Below are positions 31,001 to 39,379 of a stretch of DNA of 64,000 bases, piece by piece. The notes under the pieces are model-generated. The model saw only the letters and a list, made by a program, of their open reading frames with translations, was not told the origin of the DNA and searched no databases. The translations under genes were made by a program, and so were the position numbers. Source of the stretch: Giardia intestinalis (taxonomy: Eukaryota); the NCBI GenBank assembly GCA_000002435.2, contig CM018789.1. One strand, 5' to 3'. How positions within the stretch are numbered: the stretch's first letter is position 1; every line of letters starts with the position of its first letter.

Positions 31001-32592
31001 TATTGAAGGCGATGAGCCACAGGGGCTTCTATGAACTGCTCACGGTGAGTGGAAGTACCGTAGATACCTTCACTACCAGGCACGCTTAACCCAATCTAGA
31101 ATTAGTATAAAGCATAGAGTTGGACGGACCTAGGTTGCGTCTAGTAAAACGTAGGACACTTCTAAGAGCTCAACTTAAGGATGGCGAGGCGGCCCTGTAA
31201 CCCTGCATAGCTGGCCTTGCATCCAATAAAGACTAGGGGCTGAGTGGCACATATGTTCGTCATCCAGCATGGCGAATAGCCCGTGGAGCGGCAAGATCAA
31301 TCTTTCCTAGACGAGCAACACGTAGTGAGTGTTCGACCAGTACCAATGGGCAAGGGTTAATTCTCGCCATAACTGACGCCCGGACGGCAGAAGCCAATAG
31401 GAAAGACAGCTCTTACCGGAGCGGTGCTGGGGATGCTCTGCAAGTCAGAGCCAGAAGGGCCTGGTAGCCATACTGGTGCCTGCTGTCGTCGGGCAACCCT
31501 GTTAAAGAAGCAGCGGCTCCTCGAGCGGGGCAGCTTAGGGGCCCACTACGTTCTCCTATTCTGCAGCGCATATTGTCTACTGGCAGGGAGCTGATGTCTT
31601 TCGTGGTTGCATGGTCCTGCTCACACCAGAGACAGAGCCAGACGACGGAGAGTAGGAGACTGACTCCCAGTTGAGATCTGCTTATTCCAGGCCCAACCAC
31701 ACCGCAGTATGCATCCACATCGATCTACGGTAGGTGGCGGGCAGCTTGCAGGGTGGAATTGGCAGCCTGGGCGAATTAAGGGCGGCGGATGTATTGCTGC
31801 CTCATTCCATCAATAGCATGGTTGGCTTGCGAGATGGAAGCAGTGGTTGCGGCGAAGGCACGTGAGGCGTCCAGATGAAGCGGACTATACAGATCGCTTA
31901 ACAGCATTAAAAGTTGAAATGGTTACACTGCCCGCTTGCAAAGGTACATGGTTCGGCCTGCGAACACTGCGTGTTTACTGACGCAGACTGGCCTATTGGC
32001 AGTGCCTAACTGTCCTTGCCGGTGGCATTGCACAGCGAGTGCCCTGGAGGCGCCATCATGACTACGCTTTTCTGCTCTTTTGCTTACAGAGGCCATTACT
32101 GTCTGTCCGCTCATGACACCATAAACACACAAGGTCAATCCCCCTGGCACTTTACTCAGAGGTGCGCCGGCTCTTTCGGAGAAGCGCTTCTCTGTGTAGC
32201 TGTCTAGTGAACAGACCAGACACGGTGGTGCTATCAGCCAAGCCACTGCTGGGCAGAGCACACGGCCTGTATCTGCTCGTCTCGTGCTCTAGCCAGCCAC
32301 CCCGCGTGAGCATCTGGAGGCGTGCCTGGACATATGCGTGGTATTCTGCGGTGTGCACGGTCTCGTGTCCGCACAGTAGGCCAGCCAGGGAGCGTGTGCA
32401 GGCACGTCATGTGGCACCACGTCCTTTGTGGAATGCTGGAGGACCACACAGGCGAGGGTCTACCATCAAGATACGGACACGTTGCTTCCTGACATGGAAG
32501 GTCAATGAGGCTATCCAGATGGCCCAGCCACGGTAGAAGGCTAGCAGATGTGATCGTATTGGCCACCAGCACTGTCACTAATACCAACATGC
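28073..32592. other. 4.5 kb ORF-free, moderately AT-rich stretch (no ORF above about 117 codons in any frame)
   Basis: Stop codons are dense in all six frames. This contrasts with the near-zero intergenic spacing elsewhere in the window. Confidence 0.7.
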
Positions 32593-35400
32593 ATGATTAA
32601 TAGATCTAGCAGGGCCGCAATGTTGCTACTAGTTCTTTGCTTTTTGATGAGCGCTCTCGCTGCACAATGCAAGGGGCACCAGCACTCCAACTGCGCAACC
32701 GGCTGGTGCAGGGCGGTCCGTGGCGTCGAGGTCTGTATGAGGTGCAAAGCGGGCCACGTGCTGATCGACGGAGTGTGCGCTGATAACTCTGTTGTCTACG
32801 GCGCGGGGTCCGCCTGCCAGATTCTAAACTGCAAGCAGTGTAACGCGGACAACACGCAGTGCGAGCAGTGCGAGGACGGATACACGCCGAGCGCCGGGAA
32901 TACCCAGTGCAACGAGGACGCCGCGTCCGCCTGCCAGATTCTAAACTGCAAGCAGTGTAACGCGGACAACACGCAGTGCGAGCAGTGCGAGGACGGATAC
33001 ACGCCGAGCGCCGGGAATACCCAGTGCAACGAGGACGCCGCGTCCGCCTGCCAGATTCTAAACTGCAAGCAGTGTAACGCGGACAACACGCAGTGCGAGC
33101 AGTGCGAGGACGGATACACGCCGAGCGCCGGGAATACCCAGTGCAACGAGGACGCCGCGTCCGCCTGCCAGATTCTAAACTGCAAGCAGTGTAACGCGGA
33201 CAACACGCAGTGCGAGCAGTGCGAGGACGGATACACGCCGAGCGCCGGGAATACCCAGTGCAACGAGGACGCCGCGTCCGCCTGCCAGATTCTAAACTGC
33301 AAGCAGTGTAACGCGGACAACACGCAGTGCGAGCAGTGCGAGGACGGATACACGCCGAGCGCCGGGAATACCCAGTGCAACGAGGACGCCGCGTCCGCCT
33401 GCCAGATTCTAAACTGCAAGCAGTGTAACGCGGACAACACGCAGTGCGAGCAGTGCGAGGACGGATACACGCCGAGCGCCGGGAATACCCAGTGCAACGA
33501 GGACGCCGCGTCCGCCTGCCAGATTCTAAACTGCAAGCAGTGTAACGCGGACAACACGCAGTGCGAGCAGTGCGAGGACGGATACACGCCGAGCGCCGGG
33601 AATACCCAGTGCAACGAGGACGCCGCGTCCGCCTGCCAGATTCTAAACTGCAAGCAGTGTAACGCGGACAACACGCAGTGCGAGCAGTGCGAGGACGGAT
33701 ACACGCCGAGCGCCGGGAATACCCAGTGCAACGAGGACGCCGCGTCCGCCTGCCAGATTCTAAACTGCAAGCAGTGTAACGCGGACAACACGCAGTGCGA
33801 GCAGTGCGAGGACGGATACACGCCGAGCGCCGGGAATACCCAGTGCAACGAGGACGCCGCGTCCGCCTGCCAGATTCTAAACTGCAAGCAGTGTAACGCG
33901 GACAACACGCAGTGCGAGCAGTGCGAGGACGGATACACGCCGAGCGCCGGGAATACCCAGTGCAACGAGGACGCCGCGTCCGCCTGCCAGATTCTAAACT
34001 GCAAGCAGTGTAACGCGGACAACACGCAGTGCGAGCAGTGCGAGGACGGATACACGCCGAGCGCCGGGAATACCCAGTGCAACGAGGACGCCGCGTCCGC
34101 CTGCCAGATTCTAAACTGCAAGCAGTGTAACGCGGACAACACGCAGTGCGAGCAGTGCGAGGACGGATACACGCCGAGCGCCGGGAATACCCAGTGCAAC
34201 GAGGACGCCGCGTCCGCCTGCCAGATTCTAAACTGCAAGCAGTGTAACGCGGACAACACGCAGTGCGAGCAGTGCGAGGACGGATACACGCCGAGCGCCG
34301 GGAATACCCAGTGCAACGAGGACGCCGCGTCCGCCTGCCAGATTCTAAACTGCAAGCAGTGTAACGCGGACAACACGCAGTGCGAGCAGTGCGAGGACGG
34401 ATACACGCCGAGCGCCGGGAATACCCAGTGCAACGAGAACCCAGAAGCGCGGTGCAATACTCCCAACTGTAAGACCTGTGACAACCCCAAAACAGGCAAT
34501 GAAATCTGCACTAAATGTAATGATGGCGACTACCTCACCCCTACAAACCAGTGCGCACATGACTGCACAGCCATCAGCGGATACTACGGAGATACTGACA
34601 AGAAGTGTAAGCCATGCAGCCCTGAGTGCGCTGAGTGCGTTGGGCCAGCCAACAATCAGTGTAGTGCTTGTCCTGCAGGCAAGGCATTAACATATGGAGG
34701 TGGTGATCCTGCCCAAGGGGGCACCTGCGGGGATGCGTGTACGGCGGACAAGAACGGATGTAAGGTCTGTGGGGCAAGGATCGGCGGGACAGACTACTGC
34801 TCCCAGTGCTCAGTGGGTACTCAGGCTCCTCTGAACGGGGTCTGTACGGCCAACGCGCGTGCTCAGTTCTGCACACAAGTTACCAGTGGATCCTGCACGT
34901 CTTGTAGTGGGGGCTACTTCCTCAAGAATGGTGGCTGTTACCAGGCAGATAGACAGCCAGGCAAACAGATATGTACACTAGCTGATAGCAATGGTGGATG
35001 TCAGGCGTGTGCCAATGGTCTTCCTCCTAGTTCTTCTGACGTATGCCCCTCGTGTCATTTCACCTGCAAGACATGCTCGACCGCAGACATTGCAAATACT
35101 TGTACAACGTGTGCAACTGGGTACTACATGGTCGGATCAGGGCCAAACACATGTATTTCGTGTGAAAGTGACAGTGGAAGTGTCAAGGGAGTTGCTGGCT
35201 GCATGAGCTGCGCTCCTCCATCTAGCAATACTGGCTCCGTTCTCTGCTACCTCATGAACGGTGACAGTGCCGGCGGGAGCACGAATAAGAGCGGCCTTAG
35301 CACAGGTGCCATCGCTGGCATCTCTGTGGCTGTCATCGTCGTCGTCGGGGGACTCGTCGGCTTCCTCTGCTGGTGGTTCATCTGCAGGGGCAAAGCGTAG
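32593..35400 (+). CDS. VSP: Variant-specific surface protein (VSP), 935 aa, with 14 tandem 39-aa repeats
   Basis: Signal peptide MINRSSRAAMLLLVLCFLMSALAAQ. Numerous CXXC motifs. C-terminal TM helix AIAGISVAVIVVVGGLVGFLCWWF followed by the invariant CRGKA-stop. Confidence 0.95.
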   Translation: MINRSSRAAMLLLVLCFLMSALAAQCKGHQHSNCATGWCRAVRGVEVCMRCKAGHVLIDGVCADNSVVYGAGSACQILNCKQCNADNTQCEQCEDGYTPSAGNTQCNEDAASACQILNCKQCNADNTQCEQCEDGYTPSAGNTQCNEDAASACQILNCKQCNADNTQCEQCEDGYTPSAGNTQCNEDAASACQILNCKQCNADNTQCEQCEDGYTPSAGNTQCNEDAASACQILNCKQCNADNTQCEQCEDGYTPSAGNTQCNEDAASACQILNCKQCNADNTQCEQCEDGYTPSAGNTQCNEDAASACQILNCKQCNADNTQCEQCEDGYTPSAGNTQCNEDAASACQILNCKQCNADNTQCEQCEDGYTPSAGNTQCNEDAASACQILNCKQCNADNTQCEQCEDGYTPSAGNTQCNEDAASACQILNCKQCNADNTQCEQCEDGYTPSAGNTQCNEDAASACQILNCKQCNADNTQCEQCEDGYTPSAGNTQCNEDAASACQILNCKQCNADNTQCEQCEDGYTPSAGNTQCNEDAASACQILNCKQCNADNTQCEQCEDGYTPSAGNTQCNEDAASACQILNCKQCNADNTQCEQCEDGYTPSAGNTQCNENPEARCNTPNCKTCDNPKTGNEICTKCNDGDYLTPTNQCAHDCTAISGYYGDTDKKCKPCSPECAECVGPANNQCSACPAGKALTYGGGDPAQGGTCGDACTADKNGCKVCGARIGGTDYCSQCSVGTQAPLNGVCTANARAQFCTQVTSGSCTSCSGGYFLKNGGCYQADRQPGKQICTLADSNGGCQACANGLPPSSSDVCPSCHFTCKTCSTADIANTCTTCATGYYMVGSGPNTCISCESDSGSVKGVAGCMSCAPPSSNTGSVLCYLMNGDSAGGSTNKSGLSTGAIAGISVAVIVVVGGLVGFLCWWFICRGKA
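32809..34446 (+). repeat. Perfect tandem array of 14 x 117 bp inside the VSP CDS. Each unit encodes ACQILNCKQCNADNTQCEQCEDGYTPSAGNTQCNEDAAS.
   Basis: Unit boundaries were counted directly: tccgcctgccag recurs every 117 nt from 32809 to 34330. Units are identical at the nucleotide level. Confidence 0.95.
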
Positions 35401-35404
35401 ATGT

Positions 35405-35419
35405 ACTTAGATAGTAAAC
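35405..35419 (+). promoter_or_regulatory. Extended VSP polyadenylation signal ACTTAGATAGTAAAC, 5 nt after the VSP stop
   Basis: Matches the conserved VSP 3' motif ACT-Py-AG-Pu-TAGT-Pu-AA-Py, which contains the general Giardia AGTAAAC signal. Confidence 0.7.
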
Positions 35420-35946
35420 GCGTCACTGTATAAAGCATATTATACTGTGATGGGGCCCTGCCTGTGGGAGCGTCCAGAAATCCCACGAGTAAGTCTCGCC
35501 CACGTCTTGGCCAATCTGAGAGCGAGAACTGGTTGTAGACAGCAAGCAGGGACTCCTCTTTATTAGTGTATCTAAAACTTGGCACCTTCTCCGGTCGCTC
35601 TGTGGGTGTGTGCTCAGTCTGGGTGTGCACGTCGGCCGTTTCGGGGTTCAGGCCTTCTCGCAGACTCTCTGGTCCACCAGTGGCGCCTCTCCTTGGTCTT
35701 CCTTCACGGTGAGTGAAGCCCGGGCCGCTGTCTTTTTTAGATGCCCCCGTCTGTCAGGGGCTGCCATCGGGCTCTCCGCTGGCTGGGCCCCTCGGTGTCC
35801 GTCCGGCTGTGGTTCTGGGTCAGCGCTTCCACAGTCGCGGTCACTTGGGTCTCAGTGGGCCGGCTGGTGGGTGGGGCGGGGGTATGGGCGGTGAGGACTG
35901 GTGGGACCGGGTGGGGGCTGAGATTGGTGTCCGTATGTGCTCCTGG

Positions 35947-37551
35947 GTTCGGTGGGCCATTGCGGCGGTGGGTGATCCCCTCTCTGTTTGCCAAGGTGGT
36001 TGTGTCTGATCCCCAGCCTTCGTTGCACTCCCGAGACACAGGCACCGACGATCGTGTCGTGTCCCCTGACTGAGCGCCTCCCTTGGCCCCTGCATGCCTC
36101 GGGCAGTACTGCTGCTCTGGTTGACTGGTACATGAGGGATGAGGCAGGCCATCGCAGCCTCTCCTGCTACTCGCTGATGCTCTGTGCGGGTCTGCTGGGC
36201 CCCTGGCATGCCCTGTCCAGTGCCTCGACGTAGTTCACCTCGGCCAGCAGGGGTGTGGATGAGCCGGTGGATGGGATGGGTTCTCTCAGGCCTCTAGTGT
36301 GATGGCCCAGAAGACTGGCACGGTGGGGCACTGGTGGCTGCACTGTCCCCGTGGTCAGCTGTGCTGCTCCTGGTGGGTCCTTGTCATGGAGCGCTGTGTG
36401 TTGTTCATAGGCAGAGGTGAGCCTCCTTGGTTTCAAGATGCTCTACCATGCAGAGAGGAGCACGCTGAGGGTCACCCATACCTCACATCTGCTGTGCCCG
36501 TTCGGGAGTTCCCGGTGTGGTCCACCAGGACCTTGACACCTCTCGTGGCTCTGATGACCCCTCGAGGAGAGCCGGGGTGTCCTATGCCAGGGGAGGCGTG
36601 CACCCTCCTGCATGAGCTGGGACCCACTGCACTGCCCTCAAGGAGGTCTGCTATGAGAGGCAGTGGGATGATTGACGGCCCCAGAGTGCGGTGGAGGGTG
36701 CTCGTGGTCATCTCTTGTGATCGGGCATCACTCTGATGGCCAGCTCTGTGCCTGTGTGGTGCTCAGAGGCCACCTGTCTGCCTCATCGCCTGCTGGACAG
36801 CCGGGTCTCTTGTGGTGTCCGAAGGCCTCCTCACTCCTCTGGCTGCTGCCCCCTCGGGTCATCAATGAAGACAGTCGAGGCCAGCGGAGTCTTCGGTGAG
36901 TCTGGTGCCTGCCTGGGTGTCATGGGGGCTGGCAGCTGTCAGGGCTCTGCCACTGCTCACCTGCCTGGAGTGTGCCTCCCTTGGACCTACTGTGCTGCGT
37001 GAGTCCTCTGGCTTCCTATCAGGCCCTGACTGTGAGGGTGACCCCACCTGGTCCTCTGATGCCCCTGTGGATGAGCATAGCAATGTGTCTGATTGAGGAT
37101 CTCTGGTGCCCGTGTCTGTTGCTGCCTCTCGGGTGCTCGGGTAGTTGCCTGGCACTCTCGTATGGGGGCACAGTCAGCGTGTCCCGAGCAGACTCCAGTC
37201 CTCTCTGGGTCCACACAGTCTGTTCGTGTGTGGATGATCCTCCTGCACTCAGGTCCATCTGTGCACACTATCACTCAGCCTCGAGAGCAGGCCAGTGCAG
37301 TCGCCAGGGTTGCTGTCAGAGGGAGTCGTCTGCCACTACATCGCTCGAGCAGACTCTACAGATCAGGCTGGCTGCTGTGCACCCTCATGGCAGGGCTGCC
37401 TGACTCCCCTTGGTCATCCTCTCTGTCCCGGTGTGCACGGCTCCTGAGGGTTGTCTGGGTGGAGGCACTCACAGACCACGAGCACACAGAGGGGTGAGTC
37501 ATAGATGGACAGCCATCAGTCACCACAGCTGCGATCACCCCAGTCTATCGA
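35947..37551. other. Unique 1.6 kb spacer between the inverted-repeat arms. GC-rich (about 60%) and strongly A-depleted on the + strand. Only short overlapping ORFs of low-complexity C/W/R/G/P-rich translation.
   Basis: No mirror copy exists. The composition continues that of the inner end of the left arm and flips abruptly at about 37552. Confidence 0.7.
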
Positions 37552-38073
37552 GGGACCAGGGGCACATACAGACACCCACCACCCGGTCCCACCAGTCCTC
37601 ACCGCCCATACCCCCGCCCCACCCACCAGCCGGCCCACTGAGACCCAAGTGACCGCGACTGTGGAAGCGCTGACCCAGAACCACAGCCGGACGGACACCG
37701 AGGGGCCCAGCCAGCGGAGAGCCCGATGGCAGCCCCTGACAGACGGGGGCATCTAAAAAAGACAGCGGCCCGGGCTTCACTCACCGTGAAGGAAGACCAA
37801 GGAGAGGCGCCACTGGTGGACCAGAGAGTCTGCGAGAAGGCCTGAACCCCGAAACGGCCGACGTGCACACCCAGACTGAGCACACACCCACAGAGCGACC
37901 GGAGAAGGTGCCAAGTTTTAGATACACTAATAAAGAGGAGTCCCTGCTTGCTGTCTACAACCAGTTCTCGCTCTCAGATTGGCCAAGACGTGGGCGAGAC
38001 TTACTCGTGGGATTTCTGGACGCTCCCACAGGCAGGGCCCCATCACAGTATAATATGCTTTATACAGTGACGC

Positions 38074-38088
38074 GTTTACTATCTAAGT
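38074..38088 (-). promoter_or_regulatory. Mirror copy of the VSP polyadenylation signal (ACTTAGATAGTAAAC on the - strand)
   Basis: Reverse complement of 35405-35419 at the symmetric position (sum 73493). Confidence 0.7.
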
Positions 38089-38092
38089 ACAT

Positions 38093-39379
38093 CTACGCTT
38101 TGCCCCTGCAGATGAACCACCAGCAGAGGAAGCCGACGAGTCCCCCGACGACGACGATGACAGCCACAGAGATGCCAGCGATGGCACCTGTGCTAAGGCC
38201 GCTCTTATTCGTGCTCCCGCCGGCACTGTCACCGTTCATGAGGTAGCAGAGAACGGAGCCAGTATTGCTAGATGGAGGAGCGCAGCTCATGCAGCCAGCA
38301 ACTCCCTTGACACTTCCACTGTCACTTTCACACGAAATACATGTGTTTGGCCCTGATCCGACCATGTAGTACCCAGTTGCACACGTTGTACAAGTATTTG
38401 CAATGTCTGCGGTCGAGCATGTCTTGCAGGTGAAATGACACGAGGGGCATACGTCAGAAGAACTAGGAGGAAGACCATTGGCACACGCCTGACATCCACC
38501 ATTGCTATCAGCTAGTGTACATATCTGTTTGCCTGGCTGTCTATCTGCCTGGTAACAGCCACCATTCTTGAGGAAGTAGCCCCCACTACAAGACGTGCAG
38601 GATCCACTGGTAACTTGTGTGCAGAACTGAGCACGCGCGTTGGCCGTACAGACCCCGTTCAGAGGAGCCTGAGTACCCACTGAGCACTGGGAGCAGTAGT
38701 CTGTCCCGCCGATCCTTGCCCCACAGACCTTACATCCGTTCTTGTCCGCCGTACACGCATCCCCGCAGGTGCCCCCTTGGGCAGGATCACCACCTCCATA
38801 TGTTAATGCCTTGCCTGCAGGACAAGCACTACACTGATTGTTGGCTGGCCCAACGCACTCAGCGCACTCAGGGCTGCATGGCTTACACTTCTTGTCAGTA
38901 TCTCCGTAGTATCCGCTGATGGCTGTGCAGTCATGTGCGCACTGGTTTGTAGGGGTGAGGTAGTCGCCATCATTACATTTAGTGCAGATTTCATTGCCTG
39001 TTTTGGGGTTGTCACAGGTCTTACAGTTGGGAGTATTGCACCGCGCTTCTGGGTTCTCGTTGCACTGGGTATTCCCGGCGCTCGGCGTGTATCCGTCCTC
39101 GCACTGCTCGCACTGCGTGTTGTCCGCGTTACACTGCTTGCAGTTTAGAATCTGGCAGGCGGACCCCGCGCCGTAGACAACAGAGTTATCAGCGCACACT
39201 CCGTCGATCAGCACGTGGCCCGCTTTGCACCTCATACAGACCTCGACGCCACGGACCGCCCTGCACCAGCCGGTTGCGCAGTTGGAGTGCTGGTGCCCCT
39301 TGCATTGTGCAGCGAGAGCGCTCATCAAAAAGCAAAGAACTAGTAGCAACATTGCGGCCCTGCTAGATCTATTAATCAT
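38093..39379 (-). CDS. VSP: VSP, second copy, 428 aa, with a single 39-aa repeat unit. Otherwise identical to the 935-aa copy.
   Basis: Same signal peptide, same post-repeat Cys-rich region, TM helix and CRGKA tail. The length difference of 1521 nt equals 13 x 117. Confidence 0.92.
   Translation of the reverse strand: MINRSSRAAMLLLVLCFLMSALAAQCKGHQHSNCATGWCRAVRGVEVCMRCKAGHVLIDGVCADNSVVYGAGSACQILNCKQCNADNTQCEQCEDGYTPSAGNTQCNENPEARCNTPNCKTCDNPKTGNEICTKCNDGDYLTPTNQCAHDCTAISGYYGDTDKKCKPCSPECAECVGPANNQCSACPAGKALTYGGGDPAQGGTCGDACTADKNGCKVCGARIGGTDYCSQCSVGTQAPLNGVCTANARAQFCTQVTSGSCTSCSGGYFLKNGGCYQADRQPGKQICTLADSNGGCQACANGLPPSSSDVCPSCHFTCKTCSTADIANTCTTCATGYYMVGSGPNTCISCESDSGSVKGVAGCMSCAPPSSNTGSVLCYLMNGDSAGGSTNKSGLSTGAIAGISVAVIVVVGGLVGFLCWWFICRGKA

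Larger units (their letters stand above)
25603..35946. repeat. Left arm of a large inverted duplication (11.0 kb including 13 extra VSP repeat units)
   Basis: Every ORF here has an identical-translation mirror on the opposite strand. Coordinates obey L+R=71972 outside the VSP repeat and L+R=73493 inside it. Edges were checked by reverse-complementing the sequence at 25603/46369 and 35946/37552. Confidence 0.9.

Noticed and set aside
28073-32592. Transposon or retroelement in the ORF-free stretch
   Set aside because: No reverse-transcriptase, endonuclease or transposase-like ORF, no terminal repeats, and no poly-A tail were recognised by eye. It is left as an unexplained desert.
32809-34446. 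Tandem array as a CRISPR-like or minisatellite element
   Set aside because: This is a eukaryote. The units are contiguous with no spacers, in frame, and inside a CDS. It is a coding repeat of a VSP.
32796-34511. 571-aa ORF antisense to the VSP repeat array (and its short mirror 38982..39176)
   Set aside because: Its length is a pure consequence of the 117-bp repeat containing no stop in one antisense frame. The translation is a repeated LHWVFPALGVYPSSHCSHCVLSALHCLQFRIWQADAAS unit with no start context.
35600-37560. Possibility that the GC-rich block is an rDNA fragment
   Set aside because: No match to the remembered 5' end of Giardia SSU rRNA or to conserved SSU/LSU cores could be recognised. 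Unconfirmed without a search.
35610-37883. Dense overlapping ORFs of 80-145 aa on both strands in the GC-rich centre
   Set aside because: GC-rich DNA lacks stops in many frames. Several overlap in three frames at once. The translations are compositionally aberrant and many start at TTG/CTG in the track.
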